A stretch of DNA of 19,030 nucleotides from positions 1 to 19,030 of the forward strand of contig JAEOTM010000074.1 of assembly GCA_016839815.1 (NCBI GenBank), read 5' to 3'. This document shows, one piece after another, positions 1 through 8,499 of the stretch (position 1 is its first letter; each line of letters starts with the position of its first letter). The position numbers and the translations under genes are program-made. The DNA comes from Candidatus Hodarchaeota archaeon (lineage in GTDB: Archaea > Asgardarchaeota > Heimdallarchaeia > Hodarchaeales > Hodarchaeaceae). Under the pieces are notes generated by a model. It was not told the origin of the DNA, did no database searches, and saw only the letters and a program-made list of their open reading frames with translations.

Positions 1-542
1 CCCTCTCTTGCATATTCTAGTGCGATTTCACGTCCAATCCCTTTTCCTGCTCCAGTAATTATGGCAATTCTCCCATCAAGTTTATTTGCTCTGATAGCTG
101 GTTCCTGTTCTCTTATAGGTAGATCTGTAGAGATTTTACCTCTAAAGACACGATATATTACTCTATCTCCCTCAATAACCTCAGGTTTCACAATGACTTT
201 CTCACCAATCTTAACTGGTTTGTCCTCTTGATCAATCCATGCTACTAGACGGCCACCCTCTTTTAAGGATACTACGCATACTGTATAAGGTGCGAATTGT
301 TCAAATCCCGCAGGAGGAACTTGTACTTCAGAAAACGATAATATCTTTCCCTCACCTGTAAAATCTAAATATTCAATATTATCATCAGTCAGACATTCTT
401 TGCAGTTAGCTCTGGGAGGATAATAAAGAACATCACAACGTGTACATCGAGTTCCTTCAAGTCTTCCTTCTCTTAAAGCAGTTAACAAACGTTTTCCAAT
501 TTTTGATTGTGAGATATAATCTCGATAACCAAATTGCTTCAA
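1..542 (-). CDS. DUF35 (Zn-ribbon + OB-fold) protein fused to a short-chain dehydrogenase/reductase; C-terminus runs off the left edge
   Basis: Not in the ORF track; translated by hand from TTG at 542, with SD GAGGTGA overlapping the thiolase stop. Sequence MKQFGYRDYISQSKIGKRLLTALREGRLEGTRCTRCDVLYYPPRANCKECLTDD...GKILSFSEVQVPPAGFEQFAPYTVCVVSLKEGGRLVAWI (DUF35) continues without a stop into KLDGRIAIITGAGKGIGREIALEYARE (SDR TGxxxGIG Rossmann motif). Confidence 0.9.
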   Translation of the reverse strand, partial: MKQFGYRDYISQSKIGKRLLTALREGRLEGTRCTRCDVLYYPPRANCKECLTDDNIEYLDFTGEGKILSFSEVQVPPAGFEQFAPYTVCVVSLKEGGRLVAWIDQEDKPVKIGEKVIVKPEVIEGDRVIYRVFRGKISTDLPIREQEPAIRANKLDGRIAIITGAGKGIGREIALEYARE

Positions 543-551
543 CTTAAAATT

Positions 552-1697
552 TCACCTCGAAAAAACATGTACAATACAATATTGGCCATGACCACCAACA
601 TTGTGAGTTAAACCAACCTCAGCACCGTTAACTTGTGTCTTTCCTGCTTCTCCACGAAGTTGTTGGACTATTCCATAAACCTGAGAACATCCAGTGGCTC
701 CTATAGGGTGGCCTTTGGCTTTAAGCCCTCCATCTACATTCACAGGAAGTTTTCCACCGATATAAGCCGACTTCACAAACTCACCCCCTTTTCCACGCTC
801 AGTAAAACCTAGGTCTTCATATGCCATTATTTCAGCTATTGTAAAACAATCATGGACTTCTGCAATATGAATTTCTCTTGGTTCAACCTTAGCTTGCTTA
901 TAAGCTATCTCTGACGCATTAACAGCACTGGTCAGTGTACTTAACTCTGGACGTGTTAAAAGAGAGAATGGAGCTGTTGCAGCTCCAAGCCCTTTTATCC
1001 ATATTGGAGTATCTGATAATCTCTTTGATTGTTCTTCATTTGCCACAATTAAGGCTGAACTACCATCAGCATTGGCACAACAGTCAAAAAGGTGCAATGG
1101 AGAAGCAATAATACGTGATTCCAGAACTTTTTCTATTGTTATTTCTTTTTGAAACATTGCTTTCTCATTCTTTATCCCATAATGATGAGCCTTTACTGCT
1201 ACCTCAGCTAATTGCTCTGAGGTTGTACCATACTTCTCCATATGACTCTGGGCATACATTGCATAATAGTTCGCAAAAGTTGTACCATAAGGTGCTTCCC
1301 ATTGTACATCTCCAGTTCGTCCCATAATCTTCAGAATTTCAGATGTTGGGTTTTCCAACATTTTTTGAACCCCAAGTACTAAAACAATATCGTGCATCTT
1401 CGATTTAATTAGTGCATAAGCAGTACGTAGTGCTGCTGCTGAACTACTACATGCAGCTTCTGTAAGCCAGACTGGTTGGGGATTTAAACCAAGGTATTCT
1501 GTAATCGGACCAGCAATACTTCGTTGCGTCATGTAAACTGGACTTGCTCCAATTATTGTAGCCCCTATATCTTTTTGACCTATTCCTGCGTCATTTACTG
1601 CCTCTACAAACGGTTCAAAGGCAAGTTCTGCCACTGTAACATCATCACGTCTACCAAATTTACTATGCCCTATCCCGACAATCCCTACTTGTGACAT
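552..1697 (-). CDS. Archaeal/SCP2-type thiolase (acetyl-CoA C-acyltransferase), DUF35-associated
   Basis: 381 aa; catalytic Cys in EAACSSS, plus EVHDCFT, GGLKAKGHPIGATG and THNVGG motifs; directly followed by a DUF35 gene. Confidence 0.92.
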   Translation of the reverse strand: MSQVGIVGIGHSKFGRRDDVTVAELAFEPFVEAVNDAGIGQKDIGATIIGASPVYMTQRSIAGPITEYLGLNPQPVWLTEAACSSSAAALRTAYALIKSKMHDIVLVLGVQKMLENPTSEILKIMGRTGDVQWEAPYGTTFANYYAMYAQSHMEKYGTTSEQLAEVAVKAHHYGIKNEKAMFQKEITIEKVLESRIIASPLHLFDCCANADGSSALIVANEEQSKRLSDTPIWIKGLGAATAPFSLLTRPELSTLTSAVNASEIAYKQAKVEPREIHIAEVHDCFTIAEIMAYEDLGFTERGKGGEFVKSAYIGGKLPVNVDGGLKAKGHPIGATGCSQVYGIVQQLRGEAGKTQVNGAEVGLTHNVGGHGQYCIVHVFSR

Positions 1698-1733
1698 AAT
1701 TCTTTGTCCTGTATTGTTTTTTCCACAAAGATA

Positions 1734-2780
1734 TTACTTTTGGCATAAGATAACAGTACGCACGCCTTCACCACGGCGCATAACATCGAAAGCTTCATTT
1801 ATTTCAGAAAGAGGATACTTAGCAGTTACAAGTGGCTCAACCACTAAACTTTTGTATTTAACTAGCGCGATGATTCTAGGATAATCTACTGTTCGACAAC
1901 CTAGGCTTCCCACAAGTTCCATTTCACGAAACATTACACGGCCAATATCAAATCCATCCCATCTTTTGGGAGAATATCCAACTGCAACCAATCGACCTCC
2001 AGTCCTTAAGCTGTTGAATGCTTGTTTGAAGGTAGCAGGATTACCAATCGCTTCAAAGGCAATGTCTGCTCCTCCACCTGTTATTTTACGAATAGTTCCT
2101 ACAATTCCACGATCGTCCATTTTTTTTGCAGAAATTGTTTCAACAGCTCCCAGTTTTTTAGCGATATCTAATTTTTCAGGTACAATGTCTACAGCTATAG
2201 CTAAACCACCTGCAACGTTGATGTTTTGAACTATATTTAAACCAATCCCACCACATCCAATCACTACAGCCCAATCTCCTGGTTTTACCTGTCCTCGATT
2301 TTTTACGGCATGATAAGGAGTAGAAATTGCATCAGCGATGATACAACCTTCCTCTAATGGAATTTCTGATGGAAGATGGAATATATCTTTAACAGGAACC
2401 ATGATTTGTTCTGCAAACCCACCATCAACATTACTCCCAAAAAATGTCTGATTTAAACAAATGTTCTCACGTCCAGTTCTGCAGTGAAAACAATTTCCAC
2501 AAGATATTACAGCAGGAATTAGAACATGATCACCTTGTTTAAAGGATGTAACATCATCACTTCTTTCTCGAATTGTGCCTGCCATCTCGTGTCCTAAAAT
2601 TAAAGGTGGTGATTTACCTGTTGGCACACCATGGTCAAGAAAACCCAAATCGGTATGACAAACACCACATGCAGTGATATCGACAATCACATTGCCTGTT
2701 GTTCCAATAATATTCGGGGAGTCATAATCGTCCACAATTTTTAATGGTTCTTTTACTTTCTCAAAAACAGCCGCTCTCAT
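1734..2780 (-). CDS. had: 6-hydroxycyclohex-1-ene-1-carbonyl-CoA dehydrogenase (Had/BamQ/BzdX-like Zn-dependent alcohol dehydrogenase)
   Basis: CGVCHTD and GHE catalytic Zn ligands, structural Zn CGNCFHCRTGRENIC, GCGGIG NAD site; HGVPT...PPLILGHE and RVMFREMELVGSLGCR resemble Had/BamQ; adjacent to dch in a bzd island. Confidence 0.8.
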   Translation of the reverse strand: MRAAVFEKVKEPLKIVDDYDSPNIIGTTGNVIVDITACGVCHTDLGFLDHGVPTGKSPPLILGHEMAGTIRERSDDVTSFKQGDHVLIPAVISCGNCFHCRTGRENICLNQTFFGSNVDGGFAEQIMVPVKDIFHLPSEIPLEEGCIIADAISTPYHAVKNRGQVKPGDWAVVIGCGGIGLNIVQNINVAGGLAIAVDIVPEKLDIAKKLGAVETISAKKMDDRGIVGTIRKITGGGADIAFEAIGNPATFKQAFNSLRTGGRLVAVGYSPKRWDGFDIGRVMFREMELVGSLGCRTVDYPRIIALVKYKSLVVEPLVTAKYPLSEINEAFDVMRRGEGVRTVILCQK

Positions 2781-2847
2781 ACTAATACTTTCCTATACAA
2801 TTATGTTCGTTTAATTATGATTCTCAGTTTTTTATTTTTTTTATTTT

Positions 2848-3615
2848 TTAGCGATTTCGCCATTCAGGCGGACGTTTATCGATAAAAGCTTGTAACCCCT
2901 CATTTGCATCATGTGTAGTCATGAGTTCATTGAGATATAGATCTTCTACTTCACTTAGTCTCTTATCAAAATCAGAATCGATCCCTAACTTAACAGCTTT
3001 TTTGGTGTATTGTAGTACAACTGAACTTAATTTAGTGAATCTTTCAAGAAATGAAGTTATATCCTTCTCATAAGATTCTAAGGGGAAAACATGATTAACA
3101 AGTCCTATTCTATGTGCTTCATTTGCATCGATAATTTCACCTTGTAAAATGAGCTCAAATGCTTTTTTCTCACCAAGGAGAAAAGGAAATATAACTGCTG
3201 ATACTGGAGGAAACACTCCAACCTTTATTTCCGGATTTCCAAATTTTGCTTTTTCAGAAGCTAAAACAATATCACAAAAAGCAGCTACCTCACATCCACC
3301 ACCTAATGCTGCTCCCTTTACACACGCGACTGTGGGTACTTTCATTCGATTTAGTCTTTTAAACATACCATGAAATATATCCAACATCTTTTGTGCTGTA
3401 TCACCCATATGTTCCCCTACATCAACTCCTGCGGAGAATGACTTCCCAAGGTGACTAAATACTACTGCTTTGAGAGATTTATCTTCCAAGAATCTATCAA
3501 GTACATCATTGATCTGTTCCATCATAGTAATATTTAGAATATTTAATGGACCGTTGTTAAAGATTATATTCCCAATATTTTCCTGTTTTTCAACAAGAAT
3601 TAATTCATCACTCAA
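2848..3615 (-). CDS. dch: Cyclohexa-1,5-diene-1-carbonyl-CoA hydratase (Dch/BamR/BzdW-like, crotonase family)
   Basis: FSAGVDVGEH, GAALGGGCE, PEIKVGVFPP and ELMTTHDANEGLQAFIDKRPPEW motifs; TTG start with GGTGA SD; benzoyl-CoA reductase context. Confidence 0.82.
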   Translation of the reverse strand: MSDELILVEKQENIGNIIFNNGPLNILNITMMEQINDVLDRFLEDKSLKAVVFSHLGKSFSAGVDVGEHMGDTAQKMLDIFHGMFKRLNRMKVPTVACVKGAALGGGCEVAAFCDIVLASEKAKFGNPEIKVGVFPPVSAVIFPFLLGEKKAFELILQGEIIDANEAHRIGLVNHVFPLESYEKDITSFLERFTKLSSVVLQYTKKAVKLGIDSDFDKRLSEVEDLYLNELMTTHDANEGLQAFIDKRPPEWRNR

Positions 3616-3846
3616 TTCTTTTTCACCACATCTTCTTAAACTGAAATTATCAAATCTATCTTCTTGTTATTGACTCCATTGTAACCAGATTCTGGTTTTG
3701 AATCGTTTTGTTCAAAAAGGACCAAAGGATAGAATTCAAGTATCATGAAAAGGCTTAAACGAAATACCGCTTCAAGAATAATATCACTCTTTAAATGTAA
3801 TTCTATCAGTACTTGCTTCTTAGAATTGGATTTAATTCTTTAAACA

Positions 3847-3858
3847 ATTTATATAAAT
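3847..3858. promoter_or_regulatory. Palindromic archaeal TATA box in the divergent dch / CCG-protein intergenic region
   Basis: ATTTATATAAAT is a perfect palindrome matching the TTTATATA consensus on both strands, between divergent genes. Confidence 0.45.
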
Positions 3859-3999
3859 GTGTATAGTATTTATATCAAAAAGTCGATCCTAGGGTCCAAT
3901 ATATGAATATTCCTATTCAATACTGGATGAAATCATTAAATCTTAAACCTAGAAATAATAGGATAATCATAATAAGCGATTTAAGATAGAGCTAAAGCG

Positions 4000-5553
4000 A
4001 TGAAATTACCAAATAATGTTGTAACCCAAATAACCCAATTTCTTGATAAATCACTAGTTTTAACTGATATTGAGGATCGTTATGCATATTCCTTTGAGAA
4101 AATATATGAAAAAAAATCTTACAGAATCCCTGATATTGTGGTAAGGGTTGATCAATTTACAAATACTAGTAAACTATTCAATTTAGCTAAGGATCAAGAT
4201 ATCACGGTCATTAGTAGGAGTACTTTTGATTCTAGACCAATAATAGAACCATCAAAAATAACAATATTGTTAGATGATCTAAAAAGACCTGACATGGAGA
4301 GAAGAATAGAGAAACCAGACGATCTTAAAAAAACTCTCATAAAAAAAATGCAATCCAATGCATATAGTGTCTATCATAATATTGCTTCTGTTCAACAGTT
4401 CATGAATTTAAAGGAGAGCTTAAATAAATGTTTACAACGTGACGTATGCGGCGGTTATTGTACAATCACTCCATCTTATCAAGGAATTGAAACATGGTCA
4501 GCTAAAGGAAGAATGCTTTTAATCAAAGGTTTAATGAAGGGAGAATTAGAGTATTCAAAAAAAATTGTCGACATAATGTATACCTGTAGTCAATGTGGAA
4601 ACTGTTTTGGAGAATGCTTTGAGCAATTAGATTTTCATAAGGCAATAACTCGTATACGACAGATTATTGCGGAAAAGAAATTGACTCCAAAGGTTTTTCA
4701 CACGACAGCTTCGAATATAATCACATCTGGAGATCCTGCAGCTATTCCAGCAGAAAAAAGGTTATCATGGATAGAAAATATTCTTGGTAATTCATTTCCA
4801 GAAAAAGCAGATTATGTTTATTGGGTAGGATGTATGGTATCATATCGTACTCCTAAAACTGCTATAGCCTTTTATAACATATTAAAAAATTCCCGTGTAT
4901 CCTTTACAATGTTAGGAAGGAATGAGGGGTGTTGTGGTTATGTTTTGTTATCATCAGGCCTTCTAGATGAAGCAAGGAAGGTTGCTAAGAAGACTGTTGA
5001 AAAAATTGAAAAAACGAAGGCAAAATCTTTAATTACTCCTTGTGCTGGTTGTTACTATACATTTACGAAGTTATTTCCTGAAATTGTGGATATAGAGTTA
5101 CCATGTGAGGTTCTGCATTCAACCCAATTCATTGAACGAGAAATTAAAGCTAATAAATTAGTATTAAACTCTCTTCAGGCAAAAGTTACATATCACGATC
5201 CATGCTCTTTAGGTAGACATTGTAATGTCTATGAGACTCCGAGGTATATTTTAGATGCTGTACCTAATCTTACAATAACAGAAATGCCCTTTAATCAATA
5301 TCAAGCTCGTTGTTGTGGGGGAGGTGGAGGATTATGGAATTATAATCATCAAATTAGTATGGATGCTGCATTAAAGAGGTTAAGTGACGACTTTATTCCA
5401 TTAGATATCAATATCTTAACCACAGCATGTCCACTTTGTCAAATGAACCTCAGAATTACCGCAAGGAGAAATTCAATACCTGTTCAAGTTAGGGATGTTA
5501 CAGAAATTATTGAGTCAGTTATGAATGAGAATCCTTATCTAAATAGCAGATAA
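4000..5553 (+). CDS. HdrD/GlcF-like Fe-S oxidoreductase with two CCG domains and a degenerate FAD-binding-like N-terminus
   Basis: CSQCGNCFGEC ferredoxin-like motif; CCG domains WVGC...EGCCG...PCAGC and YHDPC...RCCGGGG...TACPLC; N-terminus EDRYAYSFE...PDIVVR resembles the start of GlcD-type FAD-linked oxidases. Confidence 0.8.
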   Translation: MKLPNNVVTQITQFLDKSLVLTDIEDRYAYSFEKIYEKKSYRIPDIVVRVDQFTNTSKLFNLAKDQDITVISRSTFDSRPIIEPSKITILLDDLKRPDMERRIEKPDDLKKTLIKKMQSNAYSVYHNIASVQQFMNLKESLNKCLQRDVCGGYCTITPSYQGIETWSAKGRMLLIKGLMKGELEYSKKIVDIMYTCSQCGNCFGECFEQLDFHKAITRIRQIIAEKKLTPKVFHTTASNIITSGDPAAIPAEKRLSWIENILGNSFPEKADYVYWVGCMVSYRTPKTAIAFYNILKNSRVSFTMLGRNEGCCGYVLLSSGLLDEARKVAKKTVEKIEKTKAKSLITPCAGCYYTFTKLFPEIVDIELPCEVLHSTQFIEREIKANKLVLNSLQAKVTYHDPCSLGRHCNVYETPRYILDAVPNLTITEMPFNQYQARCCGGGGGLWNYNHQISMDAALKRLSDDFIPLDINILTTACPLCQMNLRITARRNSIPVQVRDVTEIIESVMNENPYLNSR

Positions 5554-6024
5554 TAGTTTTTGTATTAGTTCTGAAAATCTTTGGGCTGCAGCTTTTCTTT
5601 TTAAAAAGTTAATTTGGGTTGCTTCAACGAATTGGAGTGCATCAGGTTCACAGTTCTTAACACATAATGGGTCTCCATCGCAGAGATCACATTTTTTGAT
5701 TTGTCCATCTATACCTATTATAACTCCACCAAAAGGACAATGGGTGACGCAAAGCTTACAACCAACACACAAATCATAATTAATCAGCATAGCCCCCGTT
5801 TTTTCTTCTCTATATATTGCTCCCATAGGGCAAACAGTTTCACAAATGGGATCTTCACACTGTTGACAAATCATTGGAATATATAATCCTGAGCTTTCCC
5901 ATTTAATCACCTGTATTCTTGCATGGGATGGGTTACAAACTTTTTCGTGGTGAAGTGAACAGACTGCTTCACATATGCGACAACCAGAACAGTTCTCTGG
6001 ATTAACAAATAAGAAGTTTTTCAC
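5539..6024 (-). CDS. 4x[4Fe-4S] electron-transfer subunit (AorA/DmsB-like) of the aldehyde oxidoreductase
   Basis: CSGCRICEAVC, CQQCEDPICETVCP, CVGCKLCVTHCP and KCDLC...CVKNC motifs; GTG start 3 nt downstream of the AOR stop. Confidence 0.9.
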   Translation of the reverse strand: MKNFLFVNPENCSGCRICEAVCSLHHEKVCNPSHARIQVIKWESSGLYIPMICQQCEDPICETVCPMGAIYREEKTGAMLINYDLCVGCKLCVTHCPFGGVIIGIDGQIKKCDLCDGDPLCVKNCEPDALQFVEATQINFLKRKAAAQRFSELIQKLLSAI

Positions 6025-6027
6025 TAT

Positions 6028-7932
6028 TTAGTTCTCCATTCTAGACTTTTGTGATGATTGATTTTTTAATCCAAGATTGTGAAGGGTTTCATTACTAGGA
6101 ATCCCACTACTATCCCACCCATGGAGTGAGTAATATTCATCGATCATTCTTTTGAATTGCTCTTCATCGATCTTCTTTCCTTTGATAATAGGAAGTCCTA
6201 ATGGTGTTGGTTCTTTAAAGAATCTTTCAGGTAGTTTGTCGTCTTTTCTGGTGAATCCTTCACGATTATTAAACATCCGTTCTATAGTTACAATCCTTTC
6301 ACCGATTTCCATTAGTTGAGGTTTTGATAATTTTAAACCAGATGCTAACTCAATGAGTCTAGAAAATTCTTCGAATTTAGGTGCATGTACTGCACAAAAA
6401 ACAGTTTGAAATTTACATATTCCTATTGAATCAGTAATAGCGTATAATAGTTCTTGCCACCAAACCATACGACTCTTCCCCTCATAAGAAGTGTAATCTG
6501 AAGACATTGGGGCGCCATATATCTCTTCTAAAAGGTCTTCTGGGAGTCCATAAAGATCTATTGCTGGTCTACTTCTTAGATGATCTGCTCCTCGCGTTGA
6601 AGTTGCGATACCTAGTGCTAGACTTGGTGTTGGACGTTCATCAGAATGTAAATTGCTCATGCCTTTAATTTGCATAGCATAATACTCTGATTCCTTCCCT
6701 ATCTTTTCTATTGCAGGCAAAAATCCTTCAGCAAGTAAATTTCCTAAATAGCCTTCCCTTTTGCTTATTCTTTTTATAAGCTCAAAAACTACTTCTTCAT
6801 TACCCCAAGTAAGATCCAGACCATCGATCACTTTTTCTGAAAGCAACCCCTTCTCATAGAGCTCCATAACCCAAGCAATTATTCCGCCAATTTCTAGTGT
6901 ATCAATGCCATACTTATTCACAAGGTGATTAGCTACCAGTACAGTTTCCATTTTTTTACAATCAACCATAGTTCCAAAAGCACCTAAAGAAGTGTATTCT
7001 GGGCCTTCTCCAAAAATTGGGGCATATGGCCCTTCTTTTAGCGCATATCGATGCCGACAATGGACACTGCATCCATAACAACCAGACATTCCAATAGTAT
7101 ATTCATCCATTACTTCAGGCTCTAAATTTTCCCCATCCTCAAGTAGGTTAAGCTGAAAATTTCTTGTTCGAATCAAACCAGTAGTATTTGTATTGCTGTA
7201 TATTATGAGTGTTCCCCATTTTGATTGTGCTTTTGCCCATCGTGATCCTGTGATCATATTGTTCATTTCTGTACAATAGTCAAGTAATTGGTCAGGAAAA
7301 GCAAATTCTAAATCCATTGTTCCACGAGTTGCGATAGCTTTCAAATTCTTGGATCCCATAACACATCCCATCCCTGTTCGGCCCGCTGCATTCTTCATCC
7401 CAGTTCTTACATTTGCATATCTAACCAGATTTTCTCCTGCTTCTCCAATAACTAAGCTCTTAATTTGTTCGTCATTGTGGTCTGATCGGATTTGATCTTG
7501 AGTTTCAAAAGTGTCTTTTCCCCATAAATGGGTTGCATCACGAATTTCTACCTCTCCATTGTTTATCCAGATATAACTTGGTTTTGCAGCTTTCCCAGAA
7601 ATTATCAAGTGATCAAATCCTGCAAATCTCAATTCAGGAGCAAAAAAACCACCAATATTTGAGTCACCTACAGCTCCTGTTAAGGGTGATTTAGCTGCAA
7701 TATCACACCTTCCAGCACCTAGAGCAGGAATTCCCGTAAGTAAACCAGTCCCTACAAGTAAAGCGTTATCAGGTCCTAATGGATCAATATCAGGAGAAAC
7801 GTGATGATATAGATTGTACATATTAATTCCTCTCCCTCCAAGAAATTGATTCCTAAGTGATTTTGAGATTGGTTTTTTCTTGATTTGACCTGATGATAAA
7901 TCTATATAAGCAATTTTCCTATTCCAAACCAT
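6028..7932 (-). CDS. aor: Tungsten-type aldehyde:ferredoxin oxidoreductase family protein (AOR/WOR)
   Basis: 634 aa; KSPLTG, AAGRTGMGCVMGSKNLKAI, CYGCSVHC, EGPEY, GIDT, STRGADHL, DSIGICKF and DDKLPERF motifs. Confidence 0.92.
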   Translation of the reverse strand: MVWNRKIAYIDLSSGQIKKKPISKSLRNQFLGGRGINMYNLYHHVSPDIDPLGPDNALLVGTGLLTGIPALGAGRCDIAAKSPLTGAVGDSNIGGFFAPELRFAGFDHLIISGKAAKPSYIWINNGEVEIRDATHLWGKDTFETQDQIRSDHNDEQIKSLVIGEAGENLVRYANVRTGMKNAAGRTGMGCVMGSKNLKAIATRGTMDLEFAFPDQLLDYCTEMNNMITGSRWAKAQSKWGTLIIYSNTNTTGLIRTRNFQLNLLEDGENLEPEVMDEYTIGMSGCYGCSVHCRHRYALKEGPYAPIFGEGPEYTSLGAFGTMVDCKKMETVLVANHLVNKYGIDTLEIGGIIAWVMELYEKGLLSEKVIDGLDLTWGNEEVVFELIKRISKREGYLGNLLAEGFLPAIEKIGKESEYYAMQIKGMSNLHSDERPTPSLALGIATSTRGADHLRSRPAIDLYGLPEDLLEEIYGAPMSSDYTSYEGKSRMVWWQELLYAITDSIGICKFQTVFCAVHAPKFEEFSRLIELASGLKLSKPQLMEIGERIVTIERMFNNREGFTRKDDKLPERFFKEPTPLGLPIIKGKKIDEEQFKRMIDEYYSLHGWDSSGIPSNETLHNLGLKNQSSQKSRMEN

Positions 7933-7949
7933 AATGAATACCTCTGAAG

Positions 7950-8096
7950 TTATTTTGCTAATCCACGAATTTTAGGTTGATCTGGTTTTGGCCAGGAAAT
8001 TCTATATTTGGTATTACACTGAGGACACTCAGCTAGTTCCGTATTTAGTTGAACTTGAAATCTTTTTAAACAATTTAAACATCTCACTTCATTCAT
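7950..8096 (-). CDS. 48-aa zinc-ribbon/rubredoxin-like small protein (CxxC-x14-CxxC)
   Basis: Not in the ORF track. ATG at 8096 with upstream AAGGTG SD gives MNEVRCLNCLKRFQVQLNTELAECPQCNTKYRISWPKPDQPKIRGLAK*; it fills the gap between the MoaD-like gene and aor on the same strand. Confidence 0.8.
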   Translation of the reverse strand: MNEVRCLNCLKRFQVQLNTELAECPQCNTKYRISWPKPDQPKIRGLAK

Positions 8097-8123
8097 AGAG
8101 AAAACACCTTTCTAACTATTACA

Positions 8124-8408
8124 TTAACCGCCCCCTACGGGAAGACTGAATATTAATACATCTTTATCTTGAATTCTTTCGTTAATCTCTCTAATACCTT
8201 TTCCATTTAGCATTACAAGAATATCATTAGAAATCTTATTAGTTTGAGGATTTACAATATCAATAAATTCCTTTCCGTACTTTTTTGCTAATTTTGTCAA
8301 AATATCACCGAATATACAACTTTCACTAATCGGTTCAACAATTTTTCGTTTTTTGGTAACCTCTCTGAAAGTTGCGTGGAAAATTATTTCGATTCGACCT
8401 GAAGTCAT
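8124..8408 (-). CDS. MoaD/ThiS/SAMP-family ubiquitin-like sulfur carrier
   Basis: FHATFRE near the N-terminus, ILVMLNG, and C-terminal LPVGGG diglycine; leads the AOR operon. Start probably ATG 8408 or 8417 rather than the track's 8438. Confidence 0.85.
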   Translation of the reverse strand: MTSGRIEIIFHATFREVTKKRKIVEPISESCIFGDILTKLAKKYGKEFIDIVNPQTNKISNDILVMLNGKGIREINERIQDKDVLIFSLPVGGG

Positions 8409-8499
8409 AATGTTCATTCTCAAATTAATGATCTTCAACCTGAATATTGGTATTCTTCAAATTTTCTATTACAAGAATATAGCTAGAGTCAAATGAAAC

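Noticed and set aside
540-557. Thiolase and DUF35-SDR are in the same frame, separated by a single TGA (possible readthrough or selenocysteine giving a triple fusion)
   Set aside because: The TGA is part of a canonical GAGGTGA Shine-Dalgarno well spaced from a TTG start; it lies at the normal thiolase C-terminus, not at a catalytic Cys position; no SECIS recognised.
3637-3747. Possible 36-aa minus-strand ORF (MILEFYPLVLFEQNDSKPESG...) upstream of dch; coordinates approximate
   Set aside because: No SD or motif; a length expected by chance in an intergenic region.
6028-7932. AOR-family gene as BamB (class II tungsten benzoyl-CoA reductase)
   Set aside because: It keeps the classical AOR EGPEY and RGADH motifs rather than the Cys-ligand region of BamB, and no BamC-I/HdrA module is present.
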